DNA of 33,295 bases from Tubiluchus corallicola (Eukaryota; Animalia; Priapulida): NCBI GenBank assembly GCA_030141605.1, contig JAQGDQ010000848.1, positions 54,749 to 88,043 on the forward strand, written 5' to 3'. How positions within the stretch are numbered: the first letter of the stretch is position 1; every line of letters starts with the position of its first letter. The notes beneath the pieces were generated by a model that worked only from the letters and a program-made list of their open reading frames with translations, had not been told where the DNA came from and made no database searches. The position numbers and the translations under genes are program-made. Shown here in pieces: positions 1 through 25,616 of the stretch.

Positions 1-14
1 TTTAGCGAGATTCC

Positions 15-870
15 TCGAGCATATGTAGCAACGACATTATATTGCCTTGTACCTATATTCCTGTGACAAATCTGCTAAGCAATTATTCGAGAAAACCCAC
101 TACATTTACTGGCAGCCATTTTCAATGGCTGATCAGATGGGTGGAGTGGTGCCCCAGCTGCCATTAAATGCATTGGATTAGCTCAGGCCTCTGCTATTCA
201 ACATGCCCAGTTACATAACCTTCCTCCTTTATCCTGCCTCAAATCTGTTTAGCAATTATTTGAGAAAACCCACTACATTTACTGGCAGCCATTTGCAATG
301 GCTGATCTGGTGGGTGGAGTGGTGCCCCAGCTGCCATTAAATGTATTGGATTATCCCATACCTAAGCTATAGCAACTTGCATGGTTATATTGCCTTGTAC
401 CTATATTCCTGTGACAACTCTGTTAAGCAATTATTTGAGAAAACCCACTACATTTACTGGCAGCCATTTGCAATGGCTGATCTGATGGGTGGAGTGGTGC
501 CCCAGCTACCACTAAATGTATTGGATTACCTCAGGCCTTAGCTATTCAACATGCCTAGTTATATTGCCCTGTACCTATATTCCTGTGACACATCTGTTAA
601 GCAATTATTTGAGAAAACCCACTACATTTATTGGCAGCCATTTGCAATGGCTGATCTAATGGGTGGAGTGGTGCCCCAGCTACCACTAAATGTATTGGAT
701 TACCTCAGGCCTTAGCTATAGCAACTTGCCTAGTTATACAGCCTTGTACCTATATTCCTGTGACAAATCTGCTAAGCAATTATTCGAGAAAACCCACTAC
801 ATTTACTGGCAGCCATTTTCAATGGCTGATCTGATGGGTGGAGTGGTGTCAAGCTGCCATTAAATATGTT
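15..870. repeat. ~175-bp tandem satellite, about 5 copies, with decayed copies to ~1130
   Basis: GAGAAAACCCACTAC recurs at 89, 262, 437, 611 and 786 (period 173-175). Confidence 0.92.
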
Positions 871-2199
871 GTGCTATTACAACCTTCCTTAACCATTTAC
901 ATTTTGTCTATATTCCTGCCATAACTGTGCTCACTTTGTACCCCTCTGACTGATACCAATTGTTTGAAAAACGATTGTACATACTATACAATTGTCCACT
1001 GGTAGGTGGCATCACAGATTCCATTAAATGAATTGGCTTGCTCCTATGTCTACTTTTGCAATCCGATTATTGATGTATCTTTGCACCTACATTCCTGTTG
1101 CTAAATGTGCCCCAGCTATTCAAAGAAACCACATATCGCTTAGATCTCTACCTACAGTTTTCCCTCTTATTGTTCACCAAATCAAGAAAACCATATAACC
1201 CTAAATGTTGATGAACATGACTGCCGAAGTTATGCCATGGTTGCCATTAGGTATGTTAGGTTGCCCTATACCTTTGCTGTCCTACAGACTGACTACTCAT
1301 ACAATTGCTTAATTTGCAACCAGTGCTTACTAAAATTCCTGTCATCTCACACAAATACGTTTCCAACGAACCCGTTATATGCAGCACTTAGCATGATTTG
1401 GCTCTTACTACTAACTAATATTTTCCAAATCATCCCAGAACTCGCCACGTGGAGGCGGCTGCATATGAGTTCCGTAAAAGGTGCATAAAAATACTAATTG
1501 TTAATTATTAATGTCTAAAATACAAACAAGTTAAAGAAAATTCACACACGCTCACTGTTGTGAACATCAGAATTGAATTCTTTATTGTTAAAAATTATGA
1601 CAGGACATTAAAATTATAATTTTATTTGCACTGCAACGTGCTGTATTTCTACTGGCTGCCTGTACGTGGCCATCATTGCAGCTATCTTAGATTTTTTGAT
1701 GAAATGGTGTTTTGAGAAATTTAGCAAGAGATGAACATATTACACGAGCAACGCTATTTTTATAGCTATCTTTAGCAGCAATTTTGAAATCATCTCCAAT
1801 GGGGTGTTCTATAGAATCATCTTGATTCTTTAATGTTGAAAAATCATCATTCAGACGCCGCAATCAGTGTACTACCTCCTGCAGCAGTTAAGAAATATTC
1901 ATTATAAACGAGAGGCAGCCATTTTAAAAATGGGTGTCGTTTTCGACTATAAAAATATCAGAAGCGAATTAGCAAGGTCAAATTAGTATTGGTAACACTC
2001 TGTGTCCGTTTAATGGAAATTATGGTCTCATGTGTTTATTTTGGAGGCCTTCTTGAAAAAACGGGTATTTTAGAAATGCTCAAGGTACCAGTGTGTCATG
2101 AAACAAATAAATGGAGGGTTTTATTAAAAAGTCACACCATTTTAGTAAAACAGAATGCAAGATGTGAATACAATAAAAATAAAAAAGAGTCGAACGACA

Positions 2200-2710
2200 C
2201 ATAAGAGACATTTGGCTTACAAGATTCATCAGTCTGTATTTTCATTTTGACTGTTACTTGGTCCTGACTACAATGTGGGAAATCTTTATTATACATTTGT
2301 GCAACCTATGTTCTATCCTACTGCTGCCGGCTATTATATGATTAGAGTCATAAGAGACATTTGGCTTACAAGAGTCACCAGTCAGTGTCTTCATTTTGAC
2401 TGTTACGTGGTCCTGACTTCAATGCGAGAAATCTTTATTATACATTTGTGCTAGCTGGGTTCTATCCTACTGCTGCCGGCTATTATATGATTAGAGTCAT
2501 AAGACAACGATAAACACAAATGATAATGAAAATATGACTATCACGTGTGGAAAATCTTTATTACACATTTGTGCAAGCTAGGTTCTATCCTACTGCTGCC
2601 GGCTATTATGTGATTAGAGTCACAAGACAACGACAAAGACAAATGACAATGAAAATATGACTATCACAAGACAACGACAAAGACAAATGACAATGAAAAT
2701 ATGACTATCA
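2200..2710. repeat. Overlapping tandem duplications (149-bp, ~123-bp and 44-bp units)
   Basis: CATAAGAGACATTTGGC at 2200 and 2349. AAATCTTTATTAYACATTTGTGC three times. CACAAGACAACGACAAAGAC at 2621 and 2665. Confidence 0.85.
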
Positions 2711-3679
2711 CATGTTCTGTTAGAGTAACAGTGTTAGTAAATCGTAAGCCTATCTATTCCACGTATAATATGTCATTTCATAGCACATATTAGATTATTG
2801 TACATATTGCGTTCGTGACCTAAGGTGGTCTACTCAAGTTAGAATATAACGCAATTAGTCAATCACTTTCGGAGCGCGTAATAGAATCTCAAATCCCATA
2901 AAAGTGTTTTAAAGTTTTACCAGATGATCAGATTTTACCGGATGACCTTTAAGCTCATATTATTAACCTACACTACACAATATGCCCTTTTTGCAACTAA
3001 CAGTGGCTAAACTTTCAAAGAAAGATTGGAATATTCATGTAGTTGTTGTGCACATGTATAAAATTTAATTATAGCCTATGCACAACTTTCTGAATATTAG
3101 AATATGAGGTTTCGTTTGCTCAGGAGTCTGCAGTCTGTGGGTACTTGGGGGATGTTCTTGACATATGGCTTCATGGCTGATTTTGAGGGGAAGGACTGAT
3201 TTTAACATTTTTCTTCATTCACTTCTTTATTTCAGACTCGAATTCCATAAATTGGAAATAATATTATATAATTATAATAGCGCAACATTTACTATACAAT
3301 ATATGCTTAGTTTTGCTACGACGTATAACTTATATCCCTTCATTAACCTGTAATTAATTTCATGATGGTATATCAAACGAGCCATCTGCTGCCCGTTTGC
3401 ATCAAAATGATGTGCAGCCTTTATTCCGACTACCTGACTGCACATGTATTTAACTATGAAGCAAAAGTGGCACGCTTTAGCGTTTTGGTGCTTGTCAGTA
3501 TGCGACTATGTGCTTGTGCTTTCAGTCTCAAAGGTACAATGTTTGTATTTCTTCTCAAGTTTTTTCACTTGGGAACACAGCTAAGTCTATTTTGTCATCA
3601 TCATCTTGTTATAATCATTTGTGATTCGGGACAATCTTAATTCAGTCGGTTTACCTAAATAAACTGTTGTTTTTTGCAG

Positions 3680-16349
<12,670 letters not shown>

Positions 16350-16366
16350 TAGTACAGTAATTGCAA

Positions 16367-16372
16367 AATAAA
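16367..16372 (+). promoter_or_regulatory. Probable polyadenylation signal of the carboxypeptidase gene
   Basis: AATAAA starting 18 nt after the stop codon, followed by GT-rich sequence. Confidence 0.6.
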
Positions 16373-16765
16373 GTGTTCTTAAAATTCTCAGTTGGAGTTC
16401 TTGGTTTACTTGGAGCTAGAATTATATACTTCTACTGTCGACAGGCTAATTCCTGTAACTCATTTCTTCGAACTTAGTCGCCGAAACTACTACTTCCGTT
16501 TACGTCGCTTCCTTGTGCAGGCGCATAACAATAGAATAGATTGAACTAAGCGCTCTGTTAAATTGTTTGAAATCAACGTTGCAGTTTTTCAAACAAGAAA
16601 GTCTTTTGCCGGGCGTAAACGGTGGTGATAAAAAAAATTCGAACTTGCCTTCCCAGACAATTGATTGCTGACTGATTACCACTAATTAACAGCACATTTG
16701 AAAAAAACAAAATCGTCGATTAACAAAAACTGTTTTTAAATCGATAGGAACTTTTTCTGCATCTG

Positions 16766-17790
16766 GGCCAAGTTTCGCAAGGCAGTCACTTTGTTAACGA
16801 CGCAGCTTTTAATAAATATTAGCGAATGTAATAACGATGTCATTAACCTATCAATAGCACAACTGTTAAGTTTACGACGTCCTGTTAATATTTAGTGAAT
16901 GTAATAACGATGTCGTCAACTTATTAATAGCACAACTGTTAAGTTTACGATGTCCTGCTAATATTTAGTAAATGTAATAACGATGCCGTTAACTTATTAA
17001 TAGCACAACTGTTAAGTTTACGACGTCCTGCTAATATTTAGTGAATGTAATAACGATGTCGTCAACTTATTAATAGCACAACTGTTAAGTTTACGATGTC
17101 CTGCTAATATTTAGTAAATGTAATAACGATGCCGTTAACTTATTAATAGCACAACTGTTAAGTTTACGACGTCCTGCTAATATTTAGTGAATGTAATAAC
17201 GATGTTGTCAACTTATTAATAGCACAACTGTTAAGTTTACGATGTCCTGCTAATATTTAGTAAATGTAATAACGATGCCGTCAACTTATTAATAGCACAA
17301 CTGTTAAGTTTACGACGTCCTGTTAATATTTAGTGAATGTAATAACGATGCCGTTAACTTATTAATAGCACAACTGTTAAGTTTACCACGTCCTGTTAAT
17401 ATTTAGCGAATGTAATAACGATGTCATTAACCTATCAATAGCACAACTGTTAAGTTTACGACGTCCTGTTAATATTTAGTGAATGTAATAACGATGCCGT
17501 CAACTTATTAATACCACAACTGTTAAGTTTACGACGTCCTGCTAATATTTAGTAAATGTAATAACGATGCCGTTAACTTATTAATAGCACAACTGTTAAG
17601 TTTACGACGTCCTGTTAATATTTAATGAATGTAATAACGATGCCGTCAACTTATTAATGCCACAACTGTTAAGTTTACGACGTCCTGTTAATATTTAGTG
17701 AATGTAATAACGATGCCATCAACTTATTAATAGTCTAAGTGTTAAATTAACCATGTCGTTAACTTACTGATGGCTTTCTGACACTGACCC
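16766..17790. mobile_element. Putative PIF/Harbinger-type MITE enclosing a tandem array
   Basis: Degenerate 36-bp TIRs (24/36 by hand, innermost GTTAACGAC perfect), GG termini, CTG on both sides. Confidence 0.5.
16811..17765. repeat. 73-bp tandem minisatellite, ~13 copies
   Basis: TAAGTTTACGA recurs at 16867, 16940, 17013 and onward. Confidence 0.95.
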
Positions 17791-18951
17791 CTGGTCACTT
17801 ATATTTTTGATTTTAGGAAAAGATGGTAATTCAATAAAAAATAGGATAGGCAGTTTAAAATGGAATAAAATTTTAAACTTACTACTTTTGTGGCTCTTCG
17901 TGGTGCATGAGAGAAATCTGCATTCGCTTCAATTAGACTCCCGTGTTTCTATGCTTTTTCCCGCGCATAAACTGCAATAATTAAGAGTTAATAATTAAAA
18001 TATGCTAATACACTTACTGTGTGAATTGCTGCGATGAACGCCCAAAAGCAGCCAAAAAATCTTAACATTATGCGTTGAGATTTTTTTAAAAGTTTACTAT
18101 GTTAACCGTACCTGCTTGTCCTTCTTGCTGGAAGGCACTCATCACCGTCCTGTGAATACAAGGAAACCAACCACGGTACAGATTACAAGTCCCGTTGATC
18201 CAAAAGTATCTCTACGTCTGTTTGCTTGCATGTATTGCTTGCATTGCAAATCTTCTGAAATTTGTGAATCTTCTTTAAGACGTCTGTCATCCAGAACCAC
18301 AATAAGAAATGATTTGTATCCAAAACGCTGTTGCTACGAACTCACCAACAAGCATTTATGACATCATGACCACTTACGTCCGGATATTAGAGGGAATGTT
18401 AGCGATTAATATTAAAATATAGCATTTTTAATTAGAACAAAACTTATTATAAGGTATAATTTTACAACTTAATCTCGTGCAACTTAGTTTTCGGCTGGAA
18501 ATGGGACGGACACTAAAAACACGCGTAAGAAATGGGAAATATATATGGCTTTAAAAAACTTACTTTAATTAAAGCTGCATCAATGGCAGTAATAAGGTAA
18601 TTAACCTTAGTTATAAAGTAATAAAGTAAATAGAGTAAATAAACGACAGCGATGGTGATGACCGAAAGATAATTGTAGCGAGGGAAATGATGACGACAAT
18701 GGCGACGGCGATGACAACGTCGACGACGGTAACAGCAATTAAGGTGTGGTAACAATCATAACAAAACGGACCTCTAATCGGATTAGAGATCTACATACCA
18801 AACCAAAAAACTGATTCAACAAAAAAACTTTTGAGTCTCGACTGTCCCAGCCCACGCCCATTCCATTACATTTGAGCTAGGGGTCTCTGTGAGTTTCATG
18901 ACCCAAGGACCTGTGAGCTTGCGAGTCATTAAGGAAACATTAACGCATAAA

Positions 18952-19039
18952 GAATAATAATAATAATAATAACAATAATAATAATTATAATAATAATAAT
19001 AGTAATAGTAATAATAATAGTAATAATAAAAAAATAATA

Positions 19040-19096
<57 letters not shown>

Positions 19097-19129
19097 GTAA
19101 TAGTAATAGTAATAGTAATAGTAATAGTA

Positions 19130-19220
<91 letters not shown>
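18952..19220. repeat. (AAT)n microsatellite with AGT variants
   Basis: Seen directly in the sequence. Confidence 0.97.
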
Positions 19221-19222
<2 letters not shown>

Positions 19223-20660
19223 GGCGGTAAAACAAAAAGATTCTACTATGTAGCAAAGTCTTAAAAATTTACTAATACAGTCACAATATGTGGCAAGTCA
19301 AGTACTGTAAAACTAGTGCTTGTTCTTGTCTACTTAAGAAACGACCACTTTTTATGTTCTTGGATCTACGTGACCAACCCATGTCCTCACACGAGTATAG
19401 ACATGGAAATTTTAGATGCAAAATCACTCGCGATGAGCAACCAAACACATATAGGAAAATATTAATATCATGCACTCGAAAAGTTTGTAGAATTTGCATA
19501 CTTGCTGTCCATCTTACTGAAACACATGAAGTTATGCACGTCATTTCAATCAAAAATAGGATAGGTTGTTTAAAACGGAATAAAATTTTTAAACTTATCA
19601 CTTCGGTGGTTCTTCGTGATGTAGGAGAAACATCTACATTCGTCTCAGCTCTTTCAGAACTCCCCTGTTTCTACCACTTCTTTTCTCGCCCAGAAACTGC
19701 AATAATCAAGAGTTAGTAATTAAAAATAAGCTATTACAATCACTGTATGAGTATCATCATGTCAAAAAGCCTAATCATTGCTTAATTTACTAGAAAATGT
19801 CTAGGCTATTTTTGTGTTTTTGAGATTACGTGATCAATTCCTGCTTTGGAAACTTAAGTTACGTAAGTGTGGACGTGGCAATTTTAGCTGCACAATCACT
19901 CGCGGTCATTATCTAAATGCAATCAAGAGATTCTTAACACTATGCATTCCAAAAGTTTTTAAAGCATACTCCGTGTACCCGTATATCTGCTTGTCCTTAT
20001 TGCTGGAAAGCAAAAATTCATAACCATTGTATGAATAGAAGGAAACCAAACACAGTGCAAGTTACCGTTACAACTCCCGTCTGTTCAAAAGTATCTCCAT
20101 GTAATTTTCTTGCTTTAGTTAAAATGAAAAACATTATGTTTGTTAGGTGCAACATCGTCTGAAATTTGTGGACCTTTTTTAAGACGTCTGCCATGTCCCG
20201 ATAAAAAATGTCTTGTCTCCAACACGCTGTTGCTACGAAGTCACGAACAAGCATTTATGACATCACATATAACAGCTACTTACGTCAGAATGTTAGTGGA
20301 ATGCTAGCGATAAGCTAACTGGTTCTGATGCAAGAACCACTTTTGCAAAGAGCAGATAGAAAAATTCGCGATAACCATCAAAACACAGATAAGTAATCTC
20401 AATATCATGTTGTCTAAAAAATTTTAAAATTCGTGTATCTACTATCCATCTTGCTGGAACTACATGCACGTCCTACAAAAACTAGAAAATCGACCACACT
20501 CTGTTACAAACCTCATTGGTCAAAATATATCTTTACGCCTGTAATAAGCAACTTATGCTAAAATAAAATAATACTAATAAGAAAGAAATAGAAAGCCAGG
20601 CAATGGCTTTCCAGAAATAATAAAAATTATACGTTGTTACCTTCAAGGTACTTCTGAAGA

Positions 20661-21357
20661 GTGTGAACCTTCTTTAAGACGTCTGCATACCGAAATGTTT
20701 TTTACCCAGATTGTGAACCTTCTTTAAGACGTCTGCATACCGAAATGTCTTGTACCCAGATTGTGAACCTTCTTTAAGACGTCTGCATACCGAAATGTCT
20801 TGTACCCAGATTGTGAACCTTTAAGACGTCTGCATACCGAAATGTCTTGTACCCAGATTGTGAACCTTCTTTAAGACGTCTGCATACCGAAATGTCTAGT
20901 ACCCAGATTGTGAACCCTCTTTAAGACATCTGCATACCGAAATGTCTTGTACCCAGATTGTGAACCTTCTTTAAGACGTCTGCATACCGAAATGTCTTGT
21001 ACCCAGATTGTGAACCTTCTGTAAGACGTCTGCATACCGAAATGTCTTGTACCCAGATTGTGAAGCTTCTTTAAGACGTCTGCATACCGAAATGTCTTGT
21101 ACCCAGATTATGAACATTCTTTAAGACGTCTGTATACCGAAATGTCTTGTACCCAGATTGTGAACCTTCTTTAAGACGTCTGCATACCGAAATGTCTTGT
21201 ACCCAGATTGTGAACCTTCTTTAAGACGTCTGCATACCGAAATGTCTTGTACCCAGATTGTGAACCTTCTTTAAGACGTCTGCATACCGAAATGTCTTGT
21301 ACCCAGATTGTGAACCTTCTTTAAGACGTCTGCATACCGAAATGTCTTGTACCCAGA
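20661..21357. repeat. 50-bp tandem minisatellite, 14 copies
   Basis: Unit TTGTGAACCTTCTTTAAGACGTCTGCATACCGAAATGTCTTGTACCCAGA. One unit lacks 3 nt. Confidence 0.96.
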
Positions 21358-21591
21358 AACGCTGTTGCTACGAACTCATCAAAAAGTATTTGTGACGTCA
21401 CCCATAGTGACTAATTAAAATGGTATATCAGAAAATTAGCAGAACATTAGAAGAACCACTATACTCTTGGCAAGAACAGATGTTACTAAAATAAGGCATT
21501 TAAGAAGAATAAGCGACATAATTCTGCAATTTAGTTTCTCGCCACTTAATTTTTGCCTCAAAATGAGTCGCATACTAATAACAGAGGCAAA

Positions 21592-22008
21592 TAATATAGT
21601 ATAATATAATATAATATAATATAATGTAATGTAATGTAATGTAATGTAATATAATATAATATAATATAATATAATATAATATAATATAATATAATATAAT
21701 ATAATATAATATAATATAATATAATATAATATAATATAATATAATATAATATAATATAATATAATATAATATAATATAACATAACATAACATAACATAAC
21801 ATAACATAACATAACATAACATAACATAACATAACATAACATAACATAACATAACATAACATAACATAACATAACAACATAACATAACATAACATAACAT
21901 AACATAACATAACATAACATAACATAACATAACATAACATAACATAACATAACATAACATAACATAACATAACATAACATAACATAACATAACATAACAT
22001 AATATAAT
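21592..22008. repeat. (ATAAT)n/(GTAAT)n/(ATAAC)n pentanucleotide microsatellite
   Basis: Seen directly in the sequence. Confidence 0.97.
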
Positions 22009-22938
22009 AGTTATGGGGAAATGATATGCCTGTGTAAAACCTACTTTAGTTAAAGCTAATCTAACGTAAACAACCAAACAAATGCTACATTAGAAAACGA
22101 AAGGAAAATTTAATTTACAAAACTCGAGAAAAATGGCAACTTATAGTCATTCTTTGATCTCAAGTAATTAGTTATTATAATTGTAATGATACAGTTTATC
22201 AATTCTTTATAACAATGACACGTAGGTCTGAAATTAACCACTCTAATTACAAAATAGAAAATTTTTTGACGTATTTTATTCTTGCCTAATGCCAGATGCT
22301 GTATGATTTTTTTCTAGTGAATGAGCCAAAGTGTTGCTTCAGCAAGACAGTTAGAAAAACAGTTTCAACTGCCTCAAAGATTAAGTAAAAATGTATAAAA
22401 GTTCTTTGAGCAGTAAGTTTAAAGCGCAGAAGTTTTTGAACTAGATTGCACACAAAAGAAGGCGGCTAAAGAAACAACAAATATACAAATAAACTGCGCG
22501 AGTTTCAAGAAGATTTCGCTACTGCCAAATCTTAATGATTAATATGTCAATAACAACGGTAATGATAATGAGACAACGATGATGATCATAGTAATAAAGA
22601 TGATAACGGTGTCGATGACAATCGCAGTCACGATGATATTTATTTATTTATTTATTTATTTCACATGAATAGTATATCATACTAGTGGTGATGATGTTGA
22701 TTATGACAGGATCACTAAGATTAGAGACCTGTAGACCAAACCTGAACAATTGATTCACAAGGAGAATTCCTTAAACACAAATATACTTCAAAACTGCTGA
22801 TAAAAACAGATGTAACTTGCGATCTATAAAGTCTTAATAAACATGGCAGTACGGGGAAATAAACAAGAAGATTTGCATTTATATCTAAACAACAAATAGA
22901 AATAACAAAAAATAGCATCTTGTTTACGCCACTAGATA

Positions 22939-23500
22939 GGGGAGACCCGGGTAAAGTGGATCACTTAAGGGTTTTCGCTCATAGAGTGCAAGACGTTTGA
23001 TCTGTAACAATCAATTACATGTCCTATTCTTCCGTAGGAAACTCTGCTATATTCGTGTGGTAAAAACTTATAATTACTATTACTCGTTTAACATATAATT
23101 CCGAAATACGAAACCAAAATTTCTAGGGCAAAGTGGATCTTTTACGGGCATAGTGGATCATACCGGAGCGGTTGAGCTCAACTAACTAACAATATTTTTT
23201 AAATCGATTTTGTTTATTTTGCAAAAGTAAATTGATATGAAGCAGCAGTGAACCATCCATCATATGTAAAAATAGTAGCGAATAAATCTGCACTAATTGG
23301 AATTTATCATCTATAAAAGTGAAAAGTCGCAAGAAAGTGGGTGAAAAACTTATTTTTGTGTACCGCGCTTAGACAAACTTAGAGTACACAGTAGATGATG
23401 ACGCAACATCACACAGTGCGTAGACCACGACGCCTTACGGAAAAAGAGCAAGCACATTTGATCCGCTTTGCCCAGTGATCCACTTTACCCGGGTCTCCCC
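22939..23500. mobile_element. Tc1/mariner (pogo-like) MITE
   Basis: Perfect 27-bp TIR GGGGAGACCCGGGTAAAGTGGATCACT and TA TSD on both sides. 562 bp, no coding capacity. Confidence 0.92.
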
Positions 23501-23908
23501 TAAATAGTTTAGGCTTGAAAGAATTTGCGTACTTGACAAATTATGCAGAGGAGGGGAACTAAACCAAGTTCTCGTTGTATCGTCGCTTCAAAGCTCCTTG
23601 CGTTTCCAATTCCCACATGAACTTGAAGTGCCGCCACTAATAATTTCTTACTTTCGTACTGAAACAATTTAGCACTAATTAGCACTAATTTTTAATAGCG
23701 TGAAGCTATGTTAGTTTGCTTAATTGAAGCTCTTGAAGGATTTTGTCCTTTTCGCGTGTAACACATCCAAAATTTACCTTCCTCAACAGATGTGCAGATT
23801 CAAAAGCTGGTAACCACGGAGGTTTGCTACCAATCTTTATGACGTCACTGAACAGGACAATATTATATTTAGCTGTCTGTTAACGTATCTATTAAGTTTA
23901 GGCATTAA

Positions 23909-24263
23909 CCCTTTCATACCCGTTGTATCCCGTGGGATACGAGAATATTTTCTGCTTTTAAAATTAATAAAATTTTAAAACTGACATTTATTTCATCTGT
24001 TAATAGTTATTTTGATTTAAGCCAATAACAATAGACTAAAAATGGTGATAAAATGGCAAACTAAAAAAAAATACTTTAAAAAATTATCAGCAGTTGCAAA
24101 ATGAAGCACATTTTATGCTTCCATTGAATCCCAATGTATCCCGTGGGATACTGGCGGGCACAGGTAGAAAAACATAATTATTATGTGTAAACAAGATGGA
24201 CATACTGAACAAAAGTACCAAGCCAAAAAATTGTTATTAAAAAATAATTTGGGACTGAAAGGG
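23909..24263. mobile_element. piggyBac-type MITE, copy 2
   Basis: TTAA-CCCTTTCA...TGAAAGGG-TTAA. Homologous to 10126-10566. Confidence 0.85.
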
Positions 24264-24899
24264 TTAAGGGTGCTCTGCCGGAGTCAATAAGGTTTTTCAG
24301 ATGACCTTCTGTGTATGTGGTGGCGTAACTACGCATTTGCGGGGATGGGACCACGCAAGTAAAGTGGCCTGCGATGACGAACGAATTAATCATATTTCAC
24401 GGGGATTTGCTACGCAAAACCATTTTCAACGGGATTACAAGTTAAGAGTAACAGCGATTACGATTAAATTTAGGCTATCATAATCAACACACGACATTCC
24501 TCCCTTTAGTTAAGTCGCAAGGTAACAGCTGCATCGTCGTGTTAACGAAGTAGATTCGTTGCGGCTGTTAAGAAATCAGACTGCATGAAAACACCACCGT
24601 AGGAGCTAAATAAGATGGGTTGCATGCCTCTTTGACTCAATATCATAGTGAGTTCATCTTCTTATTGCGAATTTAAAAAATAAAAACTAAAGAATAAGAA
24701 TGAGAAACGAGTCAGTAAATGTACAGTTTTTTAGTTTGCATTCTACTTACATACATCAACTTTATTTAGCGAAAAAAAATCTCACTAAGATAAATTTTTA
24801 ATATCATTATTAATATTTTTTGAAGACATAGAATTCTTTTTTGAAACTATGTTTAAATATCTGCCACCGGTTTTGAATTACCTCCTCATTTTCGCATGC

Positions 24900-25107
24900 G
24901 ATCATGTACTCTATATGGGTGAATGCGCCACAAGTGCCTGTGGTGTGCTAAAAGTACACAGAGCCAATCCGTTTTGACATAATAATACATGCATTAGAGC
25001 ATGAGATCATGTACTATATAAGAGTGAATGTGCGACAAGTGCTTGTGGTGTGCTAAACATTGCCAATTCGTTTTGACATAGTAATACATGTTTTAGAGCA
25101 TGAGATT
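24900..25107. repeat. ~105-bp tandem duplication
   Basis: GATCATGTACT...TGTGGTGTGCTAAA...TAGAGCATGAGAT occurs twice. Confidence 0.8.
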
Positions 25108-25440
25108 ACAAGGCACTTTTCCATGTTGTCTCTACGGACTTTGTGGCGTCAATTTTTGTAACTCTACACTTTTTGTGAGCCACATGCTAACATTTTATTC
25201 AAAACTCCATATTCTTAAAACCAATGACATTAAAAATGCATGTTTTTGTACAGGTCCTCAAATAATTTATTGCCAAATATTTTTTTACGATGTTTAAATT
25301 GTAGCAAAGTCATTCATAAGTATAAATTAGGCAGACGAATGATAGATTGCTAATCGGAAAACTAATATAATGAACATTGTAGTGACATATAATGGTGCCA
25401 TCAAATGAAATTTAATAGACGATTAAATAATAAACGTAAT

Positions 25441-25616
25441 ACTTACTTACTTCTCACTTACTCACTCACTTACTTACTTACTTACTTACTTACTCACTTA
25501 CTTACTACAGCACCTGGTATTCGGCGATCACCCATCCAAGTACTAACCAGGCTCTACGTTGCTTAACTTCGGTGATCAGACGAGAACCGGTGTTTTCAAC
25601 GTGATTTGGCCGTAGT
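25441..25616 (-). mobile_element. 5S-SINE head-only copy (5S pseudogene-like) with (TAAG)n tail
   Basis: 25505-25616 is the reverse complement of the 5S head, abutting a (CTTA/CTCA)n run at 25441-25505. Confidence 0.82.

Larger units (their letters stand above)
17830..21420. repeat. Old, diverged local segmental duplications
   Basis: 17833-18025 resembles 19548-19750. 18030-18410 resembles 19900-20310 and 20370-21410 (shared TTGCTGGAA, TTTAAGACGTCTG, ACGCTGTTGCTACGAA). Confidence 0.75.

Noticed and set aside
1815-1976. Candidate prodomain exon (NHLDSLML...VLPPAAV / MGVVFDYKNIRSELAR)
   Set aside because: The two pieces are in different frames with a stop between them, and no donor is in phase with exon a.
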